From the NCBI GenBank assembly GCA_963817335.1, contig CAWFNX010000001.1:1100820-1164819 (forward strand): a stretch of DNA of 64,000 nt. Direction: 5' to 3'. The translations under genes and the position numbers were made by a program. Below are positions 34,547 through 42,823 of the stretch, piece by piece. Each line of letters opens with the position of its first letter. Within the stretch, counting starts at the first letter, position 1. The notes under the pieces are model-generated. The model saw only the letters and a list, made by a program, of their open reading frames with translations. It did no database searches and had not been told where the DNA came from. This DNA comes from an uncultured Verrucomicrobiae bacterium. GTDB lineage: Bacteria; Verrucomicrobiota; Verrucomicrobiia; Chthoniobacterales; UBA10450.

Positions 34547-34602
34547 CGGCTCTCTCCCAGCGCCGGTTTATAGGATGTCGGCGGTCACAGATCGCCGCTA
34601 CA
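34542..34602. repeat. GTAG...CTAC double-hairpin element (family 3, left hairpin degenerate)
   Basis: tgtagcggctctctcccagcgcc ... ggcggtcacagatcgccgctaca. Confidence 0.7.
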
Positions 34603-34657
34603 ACAATTCCATTTAGCAATTGCAAAACGTTTTTCGGGTGTTACTCGTTGTCCCGTT

Positions 34658-34942
34658 ATGGCCGATTTGATGAAAGCCCCAGAGCTCAAAGAGCGCATGA
34701 AACGCATCCCGGAATGGGAGCTGGAGAAAAAGCACATTGAACGCACCTTTGAGTTCGATGATTTCGCAGATGCCATCGATTTCGTGAACGCCGTGTCCGA
34801 AGTGGCCGAGGAAGAAGAACACCATCCCGACATCGATATTCGTTACAACAAGGTCCGGCTGCTCCTTTCGACCCACAGCAAAGGCGGCCTGACCGAGCTC
34901 GATTTCTCGCTCGCGGAACGAATCGACACGTTATCAGAGTGA
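34658..34942 (+). CDS. 4a-hydroxytetrahydrobiopterin (pterin-4-alpha-carbinolamine) dehydratase
   Basis: EHHPDIDIRYNKVRLLLSTH motif; 94 aa. Confidence 0.85.
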   Translation: MADLMKAPELKERMKRIPEWELEKKHIERTFEFDDFADAIDFVNAVSEVAEEEEHHPDIDIRYNKVRLLLSTHSKGGLTELDFSLAERIDTLSE

Positions 34943-34971
34943 CGAGTGACGAGTGACGGGTGACGAGTGAC
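34937..34971 (+). repeat. Heptamer tandem repeat (GAGTGAC)x5
   Basis: gagtgac gagtgac gagtgac gggtgac gagtgac. The first unit contains the TGA stop of the dehydratase gene. Confidence 0.9.
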
Positions 34972-35027
34972 CCGCCTCCGCCAAAGCTACGGCGCGGCGA
35001 GCGAGCGACCAGCCGGTCATGGTAAGA

Positions 35028-35162
35028 TTATGGTGAGGGCGCCGGAACAGGAATTTCGATCTTGTTTGGCGGCGGCGGCGGTTGCATCCGCCAGTCAATG
35101 AACTTCCAAACCGCGATAACGACCAGAACAACGACAAATGTGGCAATGATTTTTCTGGTCAC
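35028..35162 (-). CDS. Possible 44-aa single-TM, proline-rich small protein (unsupported by homology)
   Basis: GTG-initiated VTRKIIATFVVVLVVIAVWKFIDWRMQPPPPPNKIEIPVPAPSP, found by manual translation. It is below the ORF-track cutoff and lies between inverted GTGAC-type repeats. Confidence 0.25.
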   Translation of the reverse strand: MTRKIIATFVVVLVVIAVWKFIDWRMQPPPPPNKIEIPVPAPSP

Positions 35163-35183
35163 TGGTCACGCGCCACTTGTCAC
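35157..35183. repeat. GTCAC-type repeat, inverted relative to 34937-34971
   Basis: ggtcactggtcacgcgccacttgtcac. Confidence 0.7.
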
Positions 35184-35189
35184 TTCTGC

Positions 35190-35645
35190 TCAGTCGACAG
35201 TCGGCTGCAGCTTCTGATTTCCTACCAGTAACCGGCCTTCGTCCGCGTCGATGAAGGTAAACATCGTTTGGATTTCTGATCGTCCGGCCATTCCGGCTTC
35301 TTTTTTGCGGCGCTTGAGGATTTCGGAGAGCTCATCGTTCCAGCCACGTTTGCGCATGAATTCGTTCCAGACGTAGATCTCATCCTCCGATGGACGATGC
35401 CCAGCGCTGAAACACCATTGGAGGATTTCGTCGTCGCTTCCGCCTTCCTTCACTCTCGCGGCCAATGGGTTGTAATCGACACGCAGGAACGTGCAGCAAC
35501 TCGAATCAAATCCGCGTCCGAGGTTTGCCTCGTAATCGGCGGACAATTGCCCTTTTTGGTGCTGTCGAATTTTGTCGAGCATTCGTCCAAAATAAACGAT
35601 GCCGCCAACCTTCGATGCCGGGCTGCGCAGGCCTAACTCCCTCAT
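35190..35645 (-). CDS. DUF5069-like protein
   Basis: The N-terminal GGIVYFGRMLDKIR motif is characteristic of DUF5069. Confidence 0.55.
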   Translation of the reverse strand: MRELGLRSPASKVGGIVYFGRMLDKIRQHQKGQLSADYEANLGRGFDSSCCTFLRVDYNPLAARVKEGGSDDEILQWCFSAGHRPSEDEIYVWNEFMRKRGWNDELSEILKRRKKEAGMAGRSEIQTMFTFIDADEGRLLVGNQKLQPTVD

Positions 35646-35691
35646 CGGGCAGCGAGTGTGCTCCCTTTTTACGCGAGTTGCAAGCCTGCGT

Positions 35692-37752
35692 CTAATCGCC
35701 GACCAGGCAGACCGCGCGAGTCAGCTCCGCCGGTGCGCCATAAAGGGCGCGATCCACATCCGCGTCGGTGAGGTCGAACACAAAAATCGAGTAACCGACC
35801 TGCGCGTTCGGCGCGCGATGCCGCAAATAGGCGCATAATCGCTCAAACTGAAGCCGCTCGAAGACGTGAATTTTTTTGTCCGAGATCGGTGCGCTGCCAT
35901 TTGCGATTAATGATACTCGGGCGGTGGGATCCAAAGCCGTGCTTCGATCGCGCCGAATTTCGTTCAAGGCGGTTTGGTATTTTTGCTCGTATGCCACGGA
36001 CCAGTGTCCAGGCTCGATCGCATAAACGCTTTGCAAGGTTGTCGCACTAATGCAGTAAATGCCGCCGCGTAACGGCGCAAAGGTCATGTTGCCGGCGGAA
36101 TAATCCTCCGGCAGCGTTTTGGCATCGATTCCCTCCAATTTCGGATCGGCGGTGCCGAAGTAAGCGAGGTAAAGTGGCTTCTCGGTAGCCGAAGAATGAA
36201 GATCGAGCCACGATTTCAATCCGGATAAATCCTGTCCCCAGTCAAGCGAGCTATCAACCAAGTGTTGATATCCGTTTCGTGGGCCACCGGCTATTTGGTT
36301 GAAGTAAGCCAGGTAACTCGGCCGGACGGCAAATGATTCTCCAATTTGCCAAAGCAGAAGGAGCGCGACCGCGCCGGCGTAGCTCCTGGGTGAATTTTTC
36401 GGAAGGAGGCACGCAGCGGCGCCGCAGCCAATGAAAAGCGCGAGATAAATAGGCAAAATGTGCCGGTGGCCGATGTTGAGCGAAATCCCGATCGCGAACG
36501 CGGCGTAAATCAGAGCAAATATCGCGAAAGGGTTGAGAAGTTTTTGGAGCGTCCAACGCTCGCGCTTCGCGACTGCAAGGCAGATCACGAGCGCGATCAG
36601 GCACAAGAGTGGGAGCGGCGTTTTGTAAAGAAACGCCCGGGGAAAGAAAGAAGCGAATCCGACGAGGCTCCACCGGTTGTCCAGAAAAGCCGGTCGCGCC
36701 TCGGTGCTTTTTTGAGTATAGGCGAACCCGCAAAGATAAGCTTCGGGAAGCAAATGATGAGCGCGGGCGAAATCAACCGCGCGTTGGATCGGAGTGTTAT
36801 CTGAAAGAATTACGCTCCAACAATTATTCCAGACTTTTCGCGCCGGCCCATTATCGGTCAGCGCTGAATAACGAAATGAAAACGATAACCAAATGGCGAA
36901 TACAACGGTCGCGCCAAGGACCAGCCACAATCCAGCGATCCCGCAAAACTTCTTCCGCGTTTCGGTCACGGCCGTCTGGAATTCTCCGAAGCTGATCGCA
37001 ATCTCTGTTTGCGAGAAAACTTGCAGGATCGACGTCATGGCGAGGACCGGAAGAACGATTGGCGCGGAGAATTTCGTCAAGAAAAGTCCCGACAGGCTCA
37101 ATGCCGCGAGCGCCAATTTCGCTGGCGAGATTCTTTGGAACAATTGCCAGCAGCTCCAAATCGTGGCGGTGAAAAAGAATGCGGCCGGAATATCCGAGGT
37201 CACGAGCGCGCTGTGGGCGATAAAATTCGGATCGAATGCGATCAACGTTTCCGCAATCAGGCCGCCGATCACTCCGAAAAATTCCCGTCCGATTCGGTAG
37301 ACCAGAAGGCAAAGCGCCGCGCCAAAAATGGACATGATGAGTCGGGCCTGCGCGATCATTCGATTCGGATCGTTACCGAGTTCGTAAAACAACTGGTGAG
37401 CGGTGCCACCGTCGTCCGCGTGTTGCCAATTTGGATCGTCGGGCGAAACGAATTTCGTATGACTAAATAGCAGCGGTAGCGAAGCCCAGCGTGCCGGCAG
37501 GTTTCCGTTCTCCGGATCGAGGCGGAAATCATTTCGAACCCAATAACTGAAGCCGGCGGCGAGATGTTGCGGCTCGTCGAAGGTTGGGGATTTCGTATTT
37601 ACGGCGGTGACCGCCAGGAAGGCGTGCAATGCGGCCAGCAAGATTGCGGCGAGATGGAAGATTCTGCAGCGGCGGTTTCCGACCGTCGCATCTCGGCGCT
37701 GAGACAGCGCCGCCAAACCACTCGAGAGCTCCATCGACGATAGGGAGAGCAC
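35692..37752 (-). CDS. GT-C fold glycosyltransferase, family 39 / ArnT-like
   Basis: About 12 predicted TM segments. The first periplasmic loop has TFDEPQHLAAGFSYW, and a soluble C-terminal domain follows. GTG start; the alternative is ATG 37734. Confidence 0.75.
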   Translation of the reverse strand: MLSLSSMELSSGLAALSQRRDATVGNRRCRIFHLAAILLAALHAFLAVTAVNTKSPTFDEPQHLAAGFSYWVRNDFRLDPENGNLPARWASLPLLFSHTKFVSPDDPNWQHADDGGTAHQLFYELGNDPNRMIAQARLIMSIFGAALCLLVYRIGREFFGVIGGLIAETLIAFDPNFIAHSALVTSDIPAAFFFTATIWSCWQLFQRISPAKLALAALSLSGLFLTKFSAPIVLPVLAMTSILQVFSQTEIAISFGEFQTAVTETRKKFCGIAGLWLVLGATVVFAIWLSFSFRYSALTDNGPARKVWNNCWSVILSDNTPIQRAVDFARAHHLLPEAYLCGFAYTQKSTEARPAFLDNRWSLVGFASFFPRAFLYKTPLPLLCLIALVICLAVAKRERWTLQKLLNPFAIFALIYAAFAIGISLNIGHRHILPIYLALFIGCGAAACLLPKNSPRSYAGAVALLLLWQIGESFAVRPSYLAYFNQIAGGPRNGYQHLVDSSLDWGQDLSGLKSWLDLHSSATEKPLYLAYFGTADPKLEGIDAKTLPEDYSAGNMTFAPLRGGIYCISATTLQSVYAIEPGHWSVAYEQKYQTALNEIRRDRSTALDPTARVSLIANGSAPISDKKIHVFERLQFERLCAYLRHRAPNAQVGYSIFVFDLTDADVDRALYGAPAELTRAVCLVGD

Positions 37753-37807
37753 ACCCCGTGCGAAATCATTTAGCGATTTTCCGATTCAATGGTTAAATCC
37801 TTAACCG

Positions 37808-39238
37808 ATGGACCGGATCGTCGGCATTGAGACCGAGTACGGCTGCCTGATGAGCAGCGAAGAGCTGCGCTGCAACTCGGAAGTGTGGCCGGCCAAGGTC
37901 AAAAACCACCTCTTCAACAAAGCGCGGGCCGGGACAATCGATCTTCATTACCGCGATTACGAAGAACCGCCCGGGAACGGCGGTTTTCTTTTAAACGGCG
38001 GCCGGCTCTATCTCGACATGGGCCACATCGAGTACGCCTCGCCCGAGTGTTTGCACCTGCACGACCTCGTCACCTACGAAATGGCCGGCGACCAGTTGCT
38101 CCGCGAATCGCTCGCCGCGCTCGAAGCCGATGATCGCGTTTCGTTCATCAAGAACAATGTCGATCATCACACCGGCGCCACCTTTGGTTGCCACGAAAAT
38201 TATTTGATGAAGCGCGAGGCGCAGTTCACTCCGTCGGTGCTCGGCACATTGCTCACCTTTCTCGCGACCCGACAAATTTTCACCGGCGCCGGCAGAGTGG
38301 GGCAGGCAAACCCGCTCGCGTTCGATTTCGAGCCGCCGCAAGCGGAGACGCCGGTCGCGTTCCAGTTGAGCCAGCGCGCGGATCACATCGTCAACGACAT
38401 TTATCAATGGGTGCAGTTCAATCGCGCCATCATCAACGCGCGCGACGAGCCGCTGGCCGATTATCGTAAATATCGCCGGCTCCATTTGCTCATCGGCGAT
38501 TCGAACATGAGTCCGTTCGCCAACGCTTTGAAAATCGGTACCACCGCGGCCGTGCTCTCGCTCCTCGAGCAGCGCCAGTTGCCGCGCAACCTCGTGCTCA
38601 ACGACGCGGTCCGCAGCACCCGCGACATCTCGCGCGATCCGACCCGCAAATGGATTGTCGATCTCGAGAACGGCAAGACCATCGGCGCGCTCGACGTGCA
38701 ATGGCAGTTTCACGATCTCGCCCAGCGGCATTTGCGCGAACGGGATCCCGAGACCGATTGGTTGCTCGAGACCTGGAGTTTCGTTCTGGAATCAATCGAA
38801 CAAAATCCGCAGGCGTTGATCGGTGGTGTCGATTGGATCACCAAGAAATGGTTGCTCGAAACGTTCATGAAATCGGAGAAGGTCGGCTGGGACGATCCCT
38901 GGCTGCAAAGTTTGGATCTCGAATATCACAACATCGATCCGGCGCGGGGGTTATTTTTTAGCATCACGCCTGGAAAACGCGTCGCCGAATGGAACAATAG
39001 TTTCGAACCGGCAACCGCCACCCGTGTTCCACCCGCCAACACCCGCGCCTCGGGGCGCGCCCGCGCCGTCGCTTATTTTCAGGATCGACAACAACCCTAC
39101 GTCATCAACTGGGACTCGATCGCGCACGACAGCCGCGATTTTCTCGTCATGGGCGACCCGTTCGAAACCTACAACGACGAAGTCGACAAGTTCTTGTCGA
39201 AACCGCGCCCCGCTTCTAACCCCGAAGATCACGAATGA
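37808..39238 (+). CDS. Pup-ligase/deamidase (PafA/Dop) family protein
   Basis: RIVGIETEYGC, NGGRLYLDMGHIEYASPEC, ATFGCHENYLM, RQIFTGAGRVG. These match the conserved carboxylate-amine ligase core of PafA/Dop. Confidence 0.8.
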   Translation: MDRIVGIETEYGCLMSSEELRCNSEVWPAKVKNHLFNKARAGTIDLHYRDYEEPPGNGGFLLNGGRLYLDMGHIEYASPECLHLHDLVTYEMAGDQLLRESLAALEADDRVSFIKNNVDHHTGATFGCHENYLMKREAQFTPSVLGTLLTFLATRQIFTGAGRVGQANPLAFDFEPPQAETPVAFQLSQRADHIVNDIYQWVQFNRAIINARDEPLADYRKYRRLHLLIGDSNMSPFANALKIGTTAAVLSLLEQRQLPRNLVLNDAVRSTRDISRDPTRKWIVDLENGKTIGALDVQWQFHDLAQRHLRERDPETDWLLETWSFVLESIEQNPQALIGGVDWITKKWLLETFMKSEKVGWDDPWLQSLDLEYHNIDPARGLFFSITPGKRVAEWNNSFEPATATRVPPANTRASGRARAVAYFQDRQQPYVINWDSIAHDSRDFLVMGDPFETYNDEVDKFLSKPRPASNPEDHE

Positions 39239-39627
39239 TAAAAGCAATGATCGCTATCCCAAACTTGATACGAAAGCTGTGTTCGACTTGTTTTTTCGCG
39301 ATTGCGATCGCAGCGACTCTGTACGGAGAAACTGAGCGATCGATAGGCTATCCAGACTTAAGAAAGGAATTCCTGTCAATGCCGACGCCCGTCTATGACC
39401 TTCGACTGCGGCGAAGTCACATCACTGGAAGCGGAGTCTTCACCTTAACGGTAGACGAGAAGGGCAAGGTCACCGACGTCACAGTTCGGAAGAGTACCGG
39501 ACATCGTGAGCTTGACGCCCAAGCGATTTACGGCCTCCGACAATGGCGAGCCAAGCCCGGCGCTCGCCGACAGATCGATGTGCCGCTAACATTTTCGTTA
39601 CCTGAAAAGCGCGGGCCATCGCTCTGA
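39235..39627 (+). CDS. TonB C-terminal domain-like protein with N-terminal anchor
   Basis: ATGA overlap with the upstream gene. GSGVFTLTVDEKGKVTDVTVRKSTGHRELDAQAIYGLRQWRAKPG resembles the TonB C-terminal domain. Confidence 0.55.
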   Translation: MIKAMIAIPNLIRKLCSTCFFAIAIAATLYGETERSIGYPDLRKEFLSMPTPVYDLRLRRSHITGSGVFTLTVDEKGKVTDVTVRKSTGHRELDAQAIYGLRQWRAKPGARRQIDVPLTFSLPEKRGPSL

Positions 39628-39663
39628 AACAGGGTCATCTGTTGGATTTTAATTCGGCAAGCG

Positions 39664-40173
39664 ATGCGCTTGCCCTACAATTCCGGCGAGCGAGCGCGCG
39701 AAATGAAGGCCAAGGTCGATAAAGCTGAGAAGCAATTGACGAGCTTCATCAACAAGTTCGACCCGAAACATCGCCGTTTGATTCGGGACGTGCGGAAGGA
39801 ATTGCGAAAGCGCTTTCCGACCGCGAACGAGCTCGCCTACGACAATTACAATTTCTTCGTGATCGGCTACGGACCAACCGAGCGGCCGTCCGATTGCGTC
39901 GTTTCGATTGCGGCGGCGGCAAGCGGTGTTGGCTTGTGTTTCATTCACGGCGCGAGCCTTCCCGACCCCGACCGAATTCTTCTCGGCGAAGGCAATCAAA
40001 CCCGATTTATCCGGTTGGAGTCGGCCAGCCGATTGAATCGGCCGCAAGTGAAAGCTTTGTTAGCCGCGGCGGTTGCTCAATCAGGCACGCCGTTGCCCGA
40101 CAGCGGTGCTGGTAAACTCATTATCCGGTCGGTTTCAAAAAAGCAGCGAGCGCGTCGCAGGAAAAAATCATGA
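39664..40173 (+). CDS. Hypothetical protein (DUF1801-like, tentative)
   Basis: RRLIRDVRKELRKRFPTANELAYDNYNFFVIGYG resembles YdhG/DUF1801 proteins. The C-terminus is basic. Confidence 0.4.
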   Translation: MRLPYNSGERAREMKAKVDKAEKQLTSFINKFDPKHRRLIRDVRKELRKRFPTANELAYDNYNFFVIGYGPTERPSDCVVSIAAAASGVGLCFIHGASLPDPDRILLGEGNQTRFIRLESASRLNRPQVKALLAAAVAQSGTPLPDSGAGKLIIRSVSKKQRARRRKKS

Positions 40174-40814
40174 GCGCCGCGGACAAAGTAATCGCACAAT
40201 GTCGCAAGCCGTCGGGATTTTTCGGCAAATTCATTTTGTGGGACATGAATCGGCATCACTCGAAGTTGACCGATTGGGGACTGAGCCATGTCGACATTGA
40301 AAAAACGGACACAATTCTCGATGTCGGGTGCGGCGGCGGTCGGACGATCAGCAAACTGGCCACGATGGCGAGCGAGGGAAAAGTTTGGGGGATCGATTAC
40401 TCAGAAGAGAGCGTAACTGCGGCACATCGACGTAATACGCGCTGGATCGACATCGGCCGAGTGAGTATCCGAGAAGGGAGCGTTTCGCAGTTGCCCTTCG
40501 CGGACAACACTTTCGACGGCGTCACGGCGATCGAAACGCACTTGTTCTGGCCGAATCTGCCCGAAGATCTCCGAGAAATTTTTCGCGTCTTAAGATCCGG
40601 CGGCGTGTTGCTGATTGTTGCCGAGATCTACAAAGGCGGCAAGCACCTCGAAGGTGTTCGGAAACAGATTTTCGAAAAGCATCTCGCCGCAAACATGAAC
40701 CTCCTCACGCCCGACGAGCACCGCGAGTTGTTTACCAACGCCGGCTTTTCTGACGTCCAGATTTTTGAAGAGCTTGAGAAAGGTTGGATCTGCGCGGCAG
40801 GGAAAAAGCCGTAA
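40170..40814 (+). CDS. Class I SAM-dependent methyltransferase
   Basis: ILDVGCGGGRTISKLA motif I and FDGVTAIETHLFW. ATGA overlap with the upstream gene. Confidence 0.8.
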   Translation: MSAADKVIAQCRKPSGFFGKFILWDMNRHHSKLTDWGLSHVDIEKTDTILDVGCGGGRTISKLATMASEGKVWGIDYSEESVTAAHRRNTRWIDIGRVSIREGSVSQLPFADNTFDGVTAIETHLFWPNLPEDLREIFRVLRSGGVLLIVAEIYKGGKHLEGVRKQIFEKHLAANMNLLTPDEHRELFTNAGFSDVQIFEELEKGWICAAGKKP

Positions 40815-40818
40815 GATT

Positions 40819-41436
40819 TTAGATTAACCCAAGCGCGTAGACGGTCGGTCCGTCGACGACGCCGTTCACTTCCAGGCCTTCGTCTTGTTGGAAAGCGCTG
40901 ATCGCGCGCCGAGTAGCCGGACTGAGTGCGCCGCTTATGCCGCCGCCGTAATAACCCCGATCCTGAAGCGCGCGCTGAACGTTTACGATCACCTGGTCGG
41001 GCAACAGATTTCCGTAAGTGTAAATCGGACCGTCGTACTCGTAGGATTGGTAGCTCGGATCGTAACCCCAGGCCGGAAACCAGTATCCCGCGTCCCAATA
41101 ATAATAACCGCCTCCGACCAAAACGATGGTGGTGAAATGATTTCGCCACCAAAATCGGGTGTGCCGCACATGTTGATATCGACTGAGCGCTTGGGAATAA
41201 GCAACAGTGTTGGCCGGCTGGCGAGGGGCGGGGTTTGCCGTCACAGCTTGGCGGCTCGGCGGCGCCTGTTTCGGAACGACGTGGATGGGTTTCGATTTGT
41301 GTGGTGCCGATGGTTTCATTCCCGGCGATGGATTCTGCGCCGTGAGAGTGGACACGATGCCGAAGGTGCAAAGCAGAGTGATAACAAGCTGTTTCACGCT
41401 CGGTTTGACATGGGTTGGCGCGGTTTTGTTCGGCAA
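40819..41436 (-). CDS. Secreted protein with C-terminal peptidoglycan-binding domain
   Basis: Signal peptide KQLVITLLCTFGIVSTLTAQ. The C-terminal VQRALQDRGYYGGGISGALSPATRRAISAFQQDEGLEVNGVVDGPT matches the PG_binding_1 pattern. Confidence 0.7.
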   Translation of the reverse strand: MPNKTAPTHVKPSVKQLVITLLCTFGIVSTLTAQNPSPGMKPSAPHKSKPIHVVPKQAPPSRQAVTANPAPRQPANTVAYSQALSRYQHVRHTRFWWRNHFTTIVLVGGGYYYWDAGYWFPAWGYDPSYQSYEYDGPIYTYGNLLPDQVIVNVQRALQDRGYYGGGISGALSPATRRAISAFQQDEGLEVNGVVDGPTVYALGLI

Positions 41437-41492
41437 ATCGGATCCGGGGTGTGCGAAAAAAAGTGAAAAAAGGTCTTGCGGGGTCTGACTTA

Positions 41493-41514
41493 GTGTTATA
41501 GTTCACTATAACAC
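41493..41514. promoter_or_regulatory. Perfect 10-bp inverted repeat, candidate GntR/YtrA operator
   Basis: gtgttatagt-tc-actataacac, 34 nt upstream of the GntR-family gene start. Confidence 0.55.
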
Positions 41515-41547
41515 ATATGAGGGACACCAAGCACTTGGCGCAACCGG

Positions 41548-41934
41548 ATGAACCGTGAATGGAACGATAGTCAGCCTATTTATCGCCAACTGCGCGACCA
41601 CGTCGTCCATATGATTCTCGATGGCGTGCTCAAGGAAGGCGATCCGTTGCCTTCGATTCGAAACGTGGCGGCGGAGTATCGGATCAATCCGCTGACGGTG
41701 CTCAAAGCCTATCAGGAACTCACTGACGAAGAGCTCGTCGAAAAGAAGCGGGGCCTGGGAATGTTCGTAAACGCCGGCGCGCGCAATCTTTTGTTGAAAG
41801 CGGAACGGCAAAAATTCTTGAACGAACAATGGCCGCGGGTCCACGCCACCATCCAGCGGCTCGGTTTGAATACAAAGGAGTTGCTGGACGCGGCTGCCCG
41901 GCACTCCGCGAAAATTGGAAAGGAGAAGCTTTAA
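41548..41934 (+). CDS. GntR family transcriptional regulator (YtrA subfamily)
   Basis: PIYRQLRDHVVHMILDGVLKEGDPLPSIRNVAAEYRINPLTVLKAYQELT with a short C-terminal domain. The genes that follow are ABC transporter genes, as in ytrA-type operons. Confidence 0.85.
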   Translation: MNREWNDSQPIYRQLRDHVVHMILDGVLKEGDPLPSIRNVAAEYRINPLTVLKAYQELTDEELVEKKRGLGMFVNAGARNLLLKAERQKFLNEQWPRVHATIQRLGLNTKELLDAAARHSAKIGKEKL

Positions 41935-41935
41935 C

Positions 41936-42823
41936 ATGGCCTGCATTGAAGCACATGGTCTGCGCAAAGTTTACGGAACGACGGTCGCTCTCGATAATGT
42001 TAATCTTCAGGTCGAGGAAGGACGGATTCTCGGGATCATCGGACCGAACGGCGCTGGCAAGACTACGGCCCTGAACGCGATTCTTGGTCTGACCGCATAC
42101 CAAGGAGAACTGAAAGTGCTCGGCCGCGACCCCTGGGCCGAGCGCGATCAGCTCATGCGCGATGTTTCATTCATCGCCGACGTCGCGGTGTTGCCGCGTT
42201 GGATCCGTGTTTCGCAACTGCTCGATTACGTCCAAGGGGTGCATCCAAAATTCGATCGCGCAAAGGCCGAGAGTTTTCTGGCGAAGACGGAAATCAAGAG
42301 CGCGAGCAAAGTCAGGCAATTGTCGAAGGGGATGGTGGCCCAGCTCCATCTTGCGATCGTGATGGCGATTGACGCGAAACTCCTGGTACTCGACGAGCCG
42401 ACACTTGGTCTCGACATTTTGTATCGGAAACAATTCTACGATTCACTGCTCAACGATTATTTCGACGGCAAACGCACGATCATCGTAACCACCCATCAGG
42501 TCGAAGAAGTCCAGGATGTCCTGACCGATCTCATTTTCGTTAATCACGGGCGGATCGTGCTCGAATGCAGCATGGAGGATTTCGAATCGCGCTATGTCGA
42601 AGTGATGGTGCATCCCGATCACCTCGCGGGAGCGCGCTCGCTTAAACCGATGAACGAACGCCAGCTCTTCGGGCGCAGCATCATGCTGTTCGATAATGTC
42701 GACCGTGGCCAGCTCGCTGCGCTGGGCGATGTGCGCACGCCGACGATCGCCGATTTGTTTGTCGCCATGATGACGAATTCAACCGTCGGCGGTCAGAAGT
42801 CGGAGGTCAGACAAAGCCAATGA
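41936..42823 (+). CDS. ABC transporter ATP-binding protein
   Basis: GPNGAGKTT, LSKGMVAQLHLA, LLVLDEPTLGLD. An aggag sequence lies 11 nt upstream of ATG 41936. Confidence 0.9.
   Translation: MACIEAHGLRKVYGTTVALDNVNLQVEEGRILGIIGPNGAGKTTALNAILGLTAYQGELKVLGRDPWAERDQLMRDVSFIADVAVLPRWIRVSQLLDYVQGVHPKFDRAKAESFLAKTEIKSASKVRQLSKGMVAQLHLAIVMAIDAKLLVLDEPTLGLDILYRKQFYDSLLNDYFDGKRTIIVTTHQVEEVQDVLTDLIFVNHGRIVLECSMEDFESRYVEVMVHPDHLAGARSLKPMNERQLFGRSIMLFDNVDRGQLAALGDVRTPTIADLFVAMMTNSTVGGQKSEVRQSQ

Noticed and set aside
34937-34971. Possible CRISPR array (also considered for the other short tandem or inverted repeats)
   Set aside because: The units are 7 bp long and directly abutting, with no unique spacers. 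The other repeats are palindromic pairs, not regularly spaced direct repeats. No cas genes are present.
37753-37807. Small Pup/UBact-like modifier ORF flanking the Pup-ligase homologue (also checked 39628-39663)
   Set aside because: The spacers are 55 and 36 nt with no plausible ORF. The downstream 130-aa protein has a TonB-C-like fold signature and does not end in Gln or Glu after a Gly-rich tail.
40628-41530. 300-aa minus-strand ORF
   Set aside because: It shares the region with the 40819-41436 ORF in another frame. That ORF has a signal peptide and a clear peptidoglycan-binding domain, whereas the 300-aa product is Arg/Ser/Pro-rich and featureless.
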